DNA from: a virus | IMG/VR virus record: IMGVR_UViG_3300045988_135716 | Location: 96,001-160,000 of that record | DNA length: 64,000 nucleotides | Reading direction: 5' to 3' (one strand) | In this document: one piece after another, positions 37,428-46,136 of the stretch | Layout: each line of letters starts with the position of its first letter | Position numbering within the stretch: position 1 is the stretch's first letter | Made by a program: the position numbers and the translations under genes | Notes under the pieces: model-generated | What the model saw: only the letters and a program-made list of their open reading frames with translations | Database searches by the model: none | What the model was told of the DNA's origin: nothing

Positions 37428-37670
37428 ATGAAGTGTAAAGTCAAATTAAACACAATCAATGACGCAGGGTTATTCGTAGCAAAATGTGGAGAATATAAAG
37501 ATGTAGATATCGACTACGTATATTCTAGGTATACGATTGATGCCAAATCTATTATGGGGATTCTAAGCACAAGTCTTAATAAAGAGTGTGTTGTAAATTT
37601 CTTATCGGATGATGAAAAATTATGTAATCAATTTAAAGAAGATATTAGATTATGGATCGTGGAGGAATAA
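37428..37670 (+). CDS. HPr/Crh-like protein lacking the His15 phosphorylation site
   Basis: 80 aa. GLFVAKC sits where HPr has GLHARPA. The Ser46-region signature IDAKSIMGILS is conserved. Confidence 0.6.
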   Translation: MKCKVKLNTINDAGLFVAKCGEYKDVDIDYVYSRYTIDAKSIMGILSTSLNKECVVNFLSDDEKLCNQFKEDIRLWIVEE

Positions 37671-37673
37671 AGA

Positions 37674-38348
37674 ATGGGAACAATTACAATTTTACCAGAA
37701 ACAACTAAAACACCAATTACACTTATTGGTAATAGAGCAGGTATTTGTTGGGGAGCAGATGTGACAAACGCTGAAAAAAACTATAAACGTGGTGTTGACT
37801 GTATTAAATCTGGTCATGGACGTACATTTGAATTTCCTGATGTTCATATGGTTATTGATGGATTTAGTGCAAGAGTAATGAGAGAATACGAAAGACATGT
37901 AGGTGGATTATCCCCTTGGTTACAAGCGTCTACAAGATATATCAATTACAATGACTTTGATATTATCGTTCCTAAATCTATTAAATCAAATGGAGATGCA
38001 ACAATTACATATAATCAAGCTGTGAAAAACATTAGAAAAGCATTGTCAGAATTAAATGAGTTAGGTATTCCAAGAGAAGATCTTGCGAATTTACTTCCAT
38101 TAGGAATGACAACTAAAATTGTTGAAAAAAGAAATCTTCGTAATCTCATTGATATGAGCCATGTAAGAAAATGTACAAGAGCATATTGGGAATTTAGAGA
38201 ATTATTTTCCACTATTGAAAATGCTTTAAGAGAATATTCAGATGAATGGGCGTGGATTGTTGATAATATGTTTAAACCCAAATGTGAATTAACTGGATAT
38301 TGTGATGAGACTAAATCTTGCGGTCGTAAGCCAAGAAAGGAAGCGTGA
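37674..38348 (+). CDS. thyX: flavin-dependent thymidylate synthase (ThyX family)
   Basis: SGHGRTFEFPDVHMVIDGFSARVMREYERH followed by S...STRY. This is a variant (RHV) of the RHRxxS motif. Confidence 0.75.
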   Translation: MGTITILPETTKTPITLIGNRAGICWGADVTNAEKNYKRGVDCIKSGHGRTFEFPDVHMVIDGFSARVMREYERHVGGLSPWLQASTRYINYNDFDIIVPKSIKSNGDATITYNQAVKNIRKALSELNELGIPREDLANLLPLGMTTKIVEKRNLRNLIDMSHVRKCTRAYWEFRELFSTIENALREYSDEWAWIVDNMFKPKCELTGYCDETKSCGRKPRKEA

Positions 38349-38926
38349 TTATTATACATACAGTATATTGTGTATTAGGAAGAACAGGATCAGGCAAATC
38401 AACTGTGACAAAAGAAGTAGCAAAGCAATTGAATATGAATACCTTGCGCTCATATTCAACTAGACAATATCTACGACAAGGTGAAACAAAAGAAAATTCA
38501 GACCATATATTAATTTCACCAGATGAAATAGAGAAATATCGTAATGATATGATCGCCTATACTGATAGAGTAGGATATTGCAATTTCGCAACAAAACAAC
38601 AACTCTTAGATAATGACTTCTACATTATTAATCCCACAGGATATGACGAATTAAAACTTAAAACCAAAGATATGGATATTGAATTAGTAACCATTATGGT
38701 GAATATTCCATATAATGATTTGCGCCAAAGAGCAAGAAAACGTGGAGATTATGATGCTTGGCAAGCCAACTACATCAAAGAAAGTGAAGAATTTTCCAAT
38801 TTTGAGAAATCCAATCTTATTGATTACTTTGTATTGAATGATAGAAGTCTGGAAGAATCTGTTGCGAAAATGGTACGTGTAATCAATAAGGACAGAGCAA
38901 AACGAGGTATCACAAATGAGAAATGA
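38345..38926 (+). CDS. guanylate/dNMP-kinase-like P-loop kinase
   Basis: Contains GRTGSGKST and SYSTRQ..RQGE motifs. GTG start overlaps the thyX stop. Confidence 0.6.
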   Translation: MIIIHTVYCVLGRTGSGKSTVTKEVAKQLNMNTLRSYSTRQYLRQGETKENSDHILISPDEIEKYRNDMIAYTDRVGYCNFATKQQLLDNDFYIINPTGYDELKLKTKDMDIELVTIMVNIPYNDLRQRARKRGDYDAWQANYIKESEEFSNFEKSNLIDYFVLNDRSLEESVAKMVRVINKDRAKRGITNEK

Positions 38927-39506
38927 TATTAAAACACTATATGTTGATTTTGATGGAACGTTAGTCGCCACCATAGATGCGATTGTTGATTTATATAATG
39001 AAGATTTTCAATACTACAAGAAATTCCATTATGTAAATTGGTGGGCTGTTGATACTTGGGGATTTGAAGAATGCAATTGTGCGCCACCTGGATATATTGA
39101 TTTGTATTTCAATCAACCACGATTCTTTGCGAATTTGCATTTTATGCCTTGGGCTGAACGTGCAATTAATGAACTATCTGAATATTATTCTATTAAAATT
39201 GTGTCACATGGATATTCACCTAATCTTAAACAAAAAGATGAATGGATTAAGAAAAGATTTCCAGATGTAAAATTTATTGGTGTAAATCTCAAAGAACATT
39301 CCGACAAATCGCATATTGATATGAGTGATGGGCTATTCATTGATGATAGTGCAAGAAATCTTGTGACTTCCAATGCAAAAGAAACGATTTGTTTTGGTAG
39401 AACATATAGCTGGAATAAAGATTGGGCAGGTAAAAGATTACAGAATTGGGCTGAAATTAGACAATATCTGCTTGGAGTTGGGAAAGAGGTGACTTTGGAG
39501 AAGTGA
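38916..39506 (+). CDS. HAD-family 5'(3')-deoxyribonucleotidase-like protein
   Basis: N-terminal VDFDGTL (DxDxT) motif. Size and layout resemble the NT5C family. Confidence 0.55.
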   Translation: MRNDIKTLYVDFDGTLVATIDAIVDLYNEDFQYYKKFHYVNWWAVDTWGFEECNCAPPGYIDLYFNQPRFFANLHFMPWAERAINELSEYYSIKIVSHGYSPNLKQKDEWIKKRFPDVKFIGVNLKEHSDKSHIDMSDGLFIDDSARNLVTSNAKETICFGRTYSWNKDWAGKRLQNWAEIRQYLLGVGKEVTLEK

Positions 39507-39700
39507 TTATTAGTAGCGGAGAGCTAGTACGGGAGTTAAAACGCATTGGGGATAATTTTATTACTGTTGAAGTTGGGAATAGAGAATATGTAATTGATAT
39601 GATTTCACATAAACCAAATTGTGCTGACTCATTATGCACACATCTTGTTTTGAAATGTAAAGATGGTGGCAACGGTGAAATCAAAAGAATTTGTTCATAA
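39503..39700 (+). CDS. hypothetical protein
   Basis: Track ORF. Confidence 0.45.
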   Translation: MIISSGELVRELKRIGDNFITVEVGNREYVIDMISHKPNCADSLCTHLVLKCKDGGNGEIKRICS

Positions 39701-39899
39701 GAGTGGAGATATTGGCTGATAGGTTACATCTTGTAGATAAAGATAATGTGCTAAGTATAAATCTGATATTACTATTTTCAGAAAAACATTCTAATTATGA
39801 CTATTAACAAATTATATAAATATCTCCACTACGGATATTATAACACAGAAAAAGAGAAAATAAATATATACGAAAAAAATAGTAAAGGAAGATAAGAAA

Positions 39900-40040
39900 A
39901 TGACCGAAAACGAAAAGAAACTACTTGTGGAACTTATTTGCAATGAACAAACCCATATGATTATCAAAGATCATACCAGATATGATACTGATAAATATAA
40001 AGAATTAGAAGCACTTAAAATTAAGATTAAAGATATGTGA
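39900..40040 (+). CDS. 46-aa hypothetical protein
   Basis: Translates as MTENEKKLLVELICNEQTHMIIKDHTRYDTDKYKELEALKIKIKDM and follows AAAGGAAG. Confidence 0.4.
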   Translation: MTENEKKLLVELICNEQTHMIIKDHTRYDTDKYKELEALKIKIKDM

Positions 40041-40054
40041 GAGGGGTGGTTATT

Positions 40055-40210
40055 ATGAATGTAGTTATTGTCGGAGTTGGAGCTTTTATCATTGCGTGTT
40101 TGCTTGTAATTGCGTATATGTGCTTGTGTTTGGCAGTTTCAACGAAAGATAGAGAGAAGATTGAGAAGAAAATATTTAATAAGAGATTTGATAAAGGAGA
40201 TAGTGAATGA
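40055..40210 (+). CDS. 51-aa single-TM membrane peptide
   Basis: Translates as MNVVIVGVGAFIIACLLVIAYMCLCLAV... and follows GAGGGGTGG. It overlaps the nrdD start as ATGA. Confidence 0.45.
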   Translation: MNVVIVGVGAFIIACLLVIAYMCLCLAVSTKDREKIEKKIFNKRFDKGDSE

Positions 40211-42459
40211 TTAAGGTAATCAAGAGAGATGGTCGTAAAGTAGAATTTGATAAATCAAAGATTAAAAATGCTGTTTTGAAGGCTTTTGAGGAAGTAGATG
40301 GTGAAATTACACCAGAAGCAAAAGTAAAAGCTTGTGAAGTTGCAAATTACATTAATTCTTTAAATTATAATCGTATTTCTGTTGAGGAAATTCAAGATAT
40401 TGTAGAAGAAAAACTAATGGCTAGTAAACGAAAAGATGTAGCAAAAGCATTTATTATTTATCGTAATAAAAGAACAGAAGCAAGAGAATCAAAAACTCAA
40501 CTTATGAAAGACATTTCTGAAAAACTTATGGCTTCAAATGTTCAAAATCAAAACGCTAATGTCGATGAAAAATCTTTTGGGGGAAGAGTCGGTGAAGCTA
40601 GTGACGCTGTATTAAAAAAATATGCTTTAGATCATTGCATGTCACCTATGGCAAAAGCAAATCATCTCAATAATGAAATTTATACACATGATTTAGCTGC
40701 TTATCCAGTAGGATCACATAACTGTTTAAGTTTGCCAATTGATCAATTAATGGCAAATGGATTTAATACTAGACAAGCAGATGTTCGTCCTGCCAATAGC
40801 ATTAGTACATTTTTTCAACTTCTAGCAGTATTAAAACAGTTACAAAGTTTACAGCAGTTTGGCGGTGTATCTTCTACTCATTTAGATTGGTCTGCTGTTC
40901 CATATGTAAGAAAATCATTTAAAAAACATTTAAAAGATGGGTTTAAATACATTGCCAAAGAAAATAGTTACGTTCAAGAACTTTTAAATTCTGATAAAGA
41001 AATTTCTATTGATGATTCTTTTATTAAAGAAAATTATCCAAAAGTATATGAATATGCTTATGATATGACTGAAAAAGAAACTAATCAAGCCGTAGAAGGT
41101 ATGTATCATAATTTAAACACGTTACAAAGCAGAAGTGGTAATCAGCTTCCTTTTACTTCAATTAATTATGGTACTTGCACATTACCAGAAGGTAGAATGG
41201 TTATAAAAGCACTATTAAATGGCTCGTTAGCAGGTGTAGGTAAGTTGCATAAAACATCTATTTTCCCTTGTGGAATTTTCCAGTGCATGAACGGAGTAAA
41301 TAGAAAACTTGGTGATCCAAACTATGATTTATTTCAGTTAGCATTAAAATCTACTGCACAAAGATTATATCCAAACTATGCAAATGTAGATTGGAGTGGA
41401 AATGCAGGATATGATATTAATGATCCAAAAACGTATTTTTCTACAATGGGCTGTAGGACAGCTAATGGATATGATATTAATGGATTTGGACAATTGAAAG
41501 ATGGAAGAGGAAACATTTGTCCAGTAACAATCATTATGCCTACGTTGGCAATGGAAGTAAAAGAAGCTTTAGAAATTCCTGACAATGATGGTATGACACA
41601 GAATGAAAAAGAATCTAATTTAGTCTCGAATTTTATGCTTTTACTTGATGAAAAAATTCACGAAGCTAAAGATATGTTAATTGAACGATTCGATTGGATT
41701 TGTTCTCAATCTCCTGATTCCGCAAAATTCATGTATGAAAATGGAACAATGGCAGGATATATTCCAGAAGAAGGCATTCGTTCTGCATTAAAACATGGAA
41801 CTCTTGCAATTGGACAATTAGGATTAGCAGAAACATTACAAATTCTTATTGGTTGTAATCATACAAAATCAAAAGGAATGGAATTAGCAAAACATATTGA
41901 ACAGTTATTTAAAGATAGATGTGCCGAATTTAAAGAGCAATATAAATTAAATTTTGGAGTGTACTACACACCAGCCGAAAATTTATGTTTTACATCAATG
42001 AAGAAATTCAAAGAAAAGTATGGAACTATTAAAAATGTATCTGACAAACAATTCTTTACAAATTCGATTCATGTCCCTGTCTGGGAAAAGGTAAATCCAT
42101 TTGAAAAAATTGATATTGAATCACAATTAACTGGATATAGCAGCGCAGGATGTATCACATATGTTGAGTTAGAGTCTAGTGTTAAGCATAATACCGAAGC
42201 ACTAGAAGAAATTGTTAATTACGCTATGGATCACGACATTCCATATTTTGCAATTAATGTGCCAAATGATACATGTATGACTTGTGGATATTGTGATGAA
42301 ATCGGAGATACCTGCCCTATGTGTGGAGGAAAAGATATTAAACGATTACGCAGAGTAACAGGATATTTAACAGGTGATTATAAAACGGCATTTAATAACG
42401 GCAAAATTGAAGAAGTAGAATTAAGAACTAAACATAGTGACATTAAAAAGGAGCTTTAA
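40207..42459 (+). CDS. nrdD: anaerobic ribonucleoside-triphosphate reductase (class III)
   Basis: N-terminal ATP-cone, C-terminal Zn site CMTCGY...CPMCG, and glycyl-radical motif RRVTGYL. Confidence 0.9.
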   Translation: MIKVIKRDGRKVEFDKSKIKNAVLKAFEEVDGEITPEAKVKACEVANYINSLNYNRISVEEIQDIVEEKLMASKRKDVAKAFIIYRNKRTEARESKTQLMKDISEKLMASNVQNQNANVDEKSFGGRVGEASDAVLKKYALDHCMSPMAKANHLNNEIYTHDLAAYPVGSHNCLSLPIDQLMANGFNTRQADVRPANSISTFFQLLAVLKQLQSLQQFGGVSSTHLDWSAVPYVRKSFKKHLKDGFKYIAKENSYVQELLNSDKEISIDDSFIKENYPKVYEYAYDMTEKETNQAVEGMYHNLNTLQSRSGNQLPFTSINYGTCTLPEGRMVIKALLNGSLAGVGKLHKTSIFPCGIFQCMNGVNRKLGDPNYDLFQLALKSTAQRLYPNYANVDWSGNAGYDINDPKTYFSTMGCRTANGYDINGFGQLKDGRGNICPVTIIMPTLAMEVKEALEIPDNDGMTQNEKESNLVSNFMLLLDEKIHEAKDMLIERFDWICSQSPDSAKFMYENGTMAGYIPEEGIRSALKHGTLAIGQLGLAETLQILIGCNHTKSKGMELAKHIEQLFKDRCAEFKEQYKLNFGVYYTPAENLCFTSMKKFKEKYGTIKNVSDKQFFTNSIHVPVWEKVNPFEKIDIESQLTGYSSAGCITYVELESSVKHNTEALEEIVNYAMDHDIPYFAINVPNDTCMTCGYCDEIGDTCPMCGGKDIKRLRRVTGYLTGDYKTAFNNGKIEEVELRTKHSDIKKEL

Positions 42460-42462
42460 TTT

Positions 42463-42957
42463 ATGAAATATGCAGAAGTTTTAGATTGTGATGTGGTTAA
42501 TGGTAAAAGAATTGGAATTTCTTTATTTGTTCAAGGGTGTCCAGAACCGCATTGTAAAGGATGCTTCAATTCACAAGCATGGGACTTTGAAGGTGGAGAA
42601 GATTTATCTGATACAAAATTAGACCACTTATTTAGAATGATTGATCGTCCATATATTAAACGTATTAGTATTCTTGGGGGAGAACCACTTTGTAAGCAAA
42701 ATATTGACAATGTAACAGCAATTGTTAAGGAATGTAAAGAAAAATTTCCAGAAAAACAAGTATGGGTATGGACTAGATATTCCTTTGAAACTGATATTTC
42801 ATCTAAGGAAATTGTTAAATATGCAGACTATATTGTTGATGGAGAATTTATCTTAGAACAAAAAGACTTATCTCTTGCGTTTAGAGGTAGCAGAAATCAG
42901 CATATTTGGGAGAAACAAGCGGATGGAACATGGGAAAATAGGAGTGATGATTTATAA
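42463..42957 (+). CDS. nrdG: anaerobic RNR activating enzyme (radical SAM)
   Basis: LFVQGCPEPHCKGCFN is collinear with E. coli NrdG LFVSGCVHECPGCYN. It also has SILGGEP and RGSRNQ motifs. Confidence 0.85.
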   Translation: MKYAEVLDCDVVNGKRIGISLFVQGCPEPHCKGCFNSQAWDFEGGEDLSDTKLDHLFRMIDRPYIKRISILGGEPLCKQNIDNVTAIVKECKEKFPEKQVWVWTRYSFETDISSKEIVKYADYIVDGEFILEQKDLSLAFRGSRNQHIWEKQADGTWENRSDDL

Positions 42958-43010
42958 GAGTACAATCAGAAGAAACAAAAAATAAAAGATATAAGGAAGC
43001 CCAACAATAT

Positions 43011-44012
43011 ATTGGTAAGAAATTCAACCATTGGACAATCACGAAATATAATCAAGAAGTGACAGAATCTCACTATAAGGAGGGCAAGCCACTTGGCTTG
43101 TTCTTCGATTGTGAGTGTGATTGTGAAAAACATACAGTTGTTACTCATCGACTATCTACATTAATACATGGAAAATCCAAATCATGTGGATGTATTAAAT
43201 TTAATAATCCAAATATTATAGAAGATTTAACTGGACAAAAATTTGGTAGACTAACTGTTATTGGTAGAGACATCGAAAGAGATAAAAAAGATAATAAAAA
43301 CGGTAAAAATAGAACACATTGGCTATGCCAATGTGACTGTGGTAATCCTAAATTAGCTAGTGTTACTGGACATCAATTAAAATCAGGGCATACACAATCT
43401 TGTGGTTGCTATGCATCTGAGCAAATAGCCAAACGAAATAAAAAATATTCAACAAAAATCAATTCTTATATAGAGAATAATGATAATACAATTACATTAT
43501 TAGACGACAATAATAATAAGTGTCTCATTGATAAAGAAGATTATGATATTTTAAAAAGATGGTATTGGAGAAAAATTGAAAAACGAGATAATCTTGAAAA
43601 GGGCTATTGGATAACCAATGTCAAAAATGATGATAAATATAAAACATCGACATTATTTATTCATCAAGTTATAGCAGAAATTAAATATGGAGACTATAAT
43701 CGAAAAGTTCATGTCCCAGATCATTTATCACGAGATACAAGTGATAATCGAAAATGTAATATTGTTCTAAAATCCAATCAGAAAAATTCCCACAACAGAG
43801 GTTTAAGCAAGACAAATACATCAGGTAAAACAGGAGTAAGTTTTAATAAATCTAAAGATTTATGGTGTGCATATATTACAGTTAATTATAATACCGTATA
43901 TCTTGGAGAATTTACTAAATATGAAGATGCTGTTCATGCTCGTAAAGAAACAGAAATAAAATATGGATTCACATGTGACGATATTGTAGCGTCATATGAC
44001 AATGCAAGTTAA
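43011..44012 (+). CDS. free-standing HNH endonuclease with AP2 DNA-binding domain (start uncertain)
   Basis: HNH motif HVPDHLSRDTSDNRKCNIVLKSNQKNSHN, AP2-like SGKTGVSFNKSKDLWCAYI...YLGEF, and two CxCDC...SCGC modules. The track start is GTG 43059. The frame is open from 42951. Confidence 0.7.
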   Translation: MGKKFNHWTITKYNQEVTESHYKEGKPLGLFFDCECDCEKHTVVTHRLSTLIHGKSKSCGCIKFNNPNIIEDLTGQKFGRLTVIGRDIERDKKDNKNGKNRTHWLCQCDCGNPKLASVTGHQLKSGHTQSCGCYASEQIAKRNKKYSTKINSYIENNDNTITLLDDNNNKCLIDKEDYDILKRWYWRKIEKRDNLEKGYWITNVKNDDKYKTSTLFIHQVIAEIKYGDYNRKVHVPDHLSRDTSDNRKCNIVLKSNQKNSHNRGLSKTNTSGKTGVSFNKSKDLWCAYITVNYNTVYLGEFTKYEDAVHARKETEIKYGFTCDDIVASYDNAS

Positions 44013-44025
44013 AGGAGAAAATCTT

Positions 44026-44352
44026 ATGGTAGAACCAAAAACATATCGTGTAAAACAATCAGTCAAAGATAGAGATTTTGTATCTAATAATTTTAGAGTA
44101 ACACAAACTCAGTATATACTGAACAAACCATTGTATACAGAAGAAATCATTCTCAATCTTACCGTAGATAAAGAAGATTACTTTATATCAACGAATGTAC
44201 GATATGCAAACGGTACGTTATTTGCACCATTCTATAATCCAGATGATAGAGGTAATAATAAGCTCTACAAAAAAGTAGTAAAAGCGTATAACAAATTCAT
44301 GAGTAATATGAAAGATATTTTTGAGGAAGTATCAGAGAATGAAGACTATTAA
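44026..44352 (+). CDS. hypothetical protein
   Basis: Internal ATG of track ORF 43996..44352, following AAAGGAGAA. Confidence 0.5.
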   Translation: MVEPKTYRVKQSVKDRDFVSNNFRVTQTQYILNKPLYTEEIILNLTVDKEDYFISTNVRYANGTLFAPFYNPDDRGNNKLYKKVVKAYNKFMSNMKDIFEEVSENEDY

Positions 44353-44608
44353 CAAGGGAGATATTGTGTATTACACACGAGTATTTCCAGAAACAGGCAC
44401 ATATGATTTGTGCGATTGAGTTATAAGAACTGTTATGGATAATTGGTTCTGTGGTGTAGACAAGAAAGACAAACGTGCATATTTACTAGGGTTCAATGAG
44501 ATAGATGAAAATGTCTTTGATAATCGTTCAATTGCTCTTAAAAGAATACACAATGCAGAACAGAAATATCCGCAAATAAACGGAGAAACATATTATGAGG
44601 AATATTAA
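44339..44608 (+). pseudogene. 89-codon ORF interrupted by an in-frame TGA at 44417-44419
   Basis: Translates as MKTINKGDIVYYTRVFPETGTYDLCD*VIRTVMDNWFCGVDKKDKRAYLLGFNE...YEEY. The start overlaps the upstream stop and the stop overlaps the downstream start. There is no SD for the internal ATG at 44435. Confidence 0.45.
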
Positions 44609-44927
44609 AAATAACGTTGATTTAGAATGGAATGTATTTGTGTTTGATATAAATAAAAGACAAACGAAAGTATTTAATATCTTTAATCATATCAGTTACA
44701 AACAGGAAATTGTCGAATTATTAAATCGCAGAGATGATTACACACTGGAAGAATTTAGAGAAAAAGTTAAATTATCAACTATGTATTATTATTGGTGTAA
44801 ATGCGAATGGGAGATTCTAATTGCTCCTTTGATTGGTGATTTTAATAAAGAATCTGTCAAAATAGACATATATAAACAATTAGAAATAAATTGGAATCAC
44901 TACATAAAATATTTATGGGAGATATAA
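44595..44927 (+). CDS. hypothetical protein
   Basis: Track ORF with a CGGAGAA SD. Confidence 0.55.
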   Translation: MRNIKNNVDLEWNVFVFDINKRQTKVFNIFNHISYKQEIVELLNRRDDYTLEEFREKVKLSTMYYYWCKCEWEILIAPLIGDFNKESVKIDIYKQLEINWNHYIKYLWEI

Positions 44928-44931
44928 ATTT

Positions 44932-45321
44932 ATGCTTAAATACTATATACCAATAACAGAAGTGCGGATTAATTCTATTAAACCATTCGATATAAATTTA
45001 TACGCACATAAGATATCTGAAAGTCATCCAGGCACAGACGTAATCAAGATCAACTGGGATAACGCAGAAGAAGAAATTCAAAAACTTGGTTTGTGTCTTC
45101 CATTTGGAATTACGAAGCGAAGAAAAGGATTAAAGTTATTCTTTTGGAATGATTTATTCACAAACGTTAAGCAATGGAAAGAATATTTAGATATAGAAAT
45201 TAAAACATCTTGGAGAGAATATAAACCTACAATTAAAGAAATTATGGACTTCAAAGACAGTGATAAAGCTATTCAATATCTTGTTGAACGTGGTCTTAAT
45301 GTAAGTTCATTAATAAAATAA
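44932..45321 (+). CDS. hypothetical protein
   Basis: Track ORF. Confidence 0.55.
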   Translation: MLKYYIPITEVRINSIKPFDINLYAHKISESHPGTDVIKINWDNAEEEIQKLGLCLPFGITKRRKGLKLFFWNDLFTNVKQWKEYLDIEIKTSWREYKPTIKEIMDFKDSDKAIQYLVERGLNVSSLIK

Positions 45322-45357
45322 TTATAAGAAATTACATACACAAAGGAGATTATTAAT

Positions 45358-45894
45358 ATGGCAAAGAGAGTTGCAAAATTTGAGAAAGTTACATACGGAC
45401 AGTTTGAAAAAGATTGGCTTGATACATTTGATATTCCTGAATTAGATACATCAACCAGACGTGAGATTGAGAGTATTTACGGAGCAATTACACTACCCAA
45501 AAGAGCAACAAAAGGCAGCGCAGGATATGACTTTGTAAGTCCTCTGACATTCACTTTAAAGCCTGGCGAAACTATTAAAATTCCTACTGGAATCAGATGC
45601 GGAATGAATACTGATTGGGTGTTAATGCTGTATCCTAGAAGTGGATTAGGATTCAAATTTAAAGCTAGGCTTTGTAACACTGTTGGGGTTGTGGATAGCG
45701 ATTTTTATTATAGTGATAATGAAGGTCATATCTTTGTTAAACTCTCAAATGAAGGAGATAAGGAGATTAAAATTCTTAGAGGAAATGCATTTTGTCAAGG
45801 AATTTTTATGCAGTATGGAATCACAGAAGATGATAAAGTAGAAACCTCTCGCAATGGTGGATTTGGCAGTACGGATAAGAATAAAAAGGAATGA
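45358..45894 (+). CDS. dut: dUTP diphosphatase (trimeric dUTPase)
   Basis: Contains GSAGYD, PRSGL, GVVDSDFYY and C-terminal RNGGFGSTD motifs. Confidence 0.85.
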   Translation: MAKRVAKFEKVTYGQFEKDWLDTFDIPELDTSTRREIESIYGAITLPKRATKGSAGYDFVSPLTFTLKPGETIKIPTGIRCGMNTDWVLMLYPRSGLGFKFKARLCNTVGVVDSDFYYSDNEGHIFVKLSNEGDKEIKILRGNAFCQGIFMQYGITEDDKVETSRNGGFGSTDKNKKE

Positions 45895-45899
45895 TTTGA

Positions 45900-46091
45900 A
45901 TGTCTGATTTAGAAGAAATGTTAACACCTATGGATATCATGAATCACCTAAAATTAGGAAGAAATAAGACCTATAATCTTATTAAATTGAAGAGTTTTCC
46001 TAAAATCAAAATAGGAAATACATACCGTATTCCTAAAGATAAATATATAAAATGGGTGTCTGATAACATAAAAAATACAATATATTTATAA
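45900..46091 (+). CDS. xis: excisionase-family HTH DNA-binding protein
   Basis: LTPMDIMNHLKLGRNKTYNLIK..FPKIKIGNTYRIPKDKYIKWV fits the excisionase/MerR-type HTH. It is convergent with the integrase. Confidence 0.65.
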   Translation: MSDLEEMLTPMDIMNHLKLGRNKTYNLIKLKSFPKIKIGNTYRIPKDKYIKWVSDNIKNTIYL

Positions 46092-46098
46092 TAAAAAT

Positions 46099-46133
46099 GG
46101 GAGCCATATCGTAATGATATGCTCCCTTATTTT
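46099..46133. terminator. bidirectional terminator between xis and int
   Basis: GGGAGCCATATC-GTAAT-GATATGCTCCC forms an approximately 11-bp stem with one bulge, followed by TTATTTT. Confidence 0.7.
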
Positions 46134-46136
46134 AGT

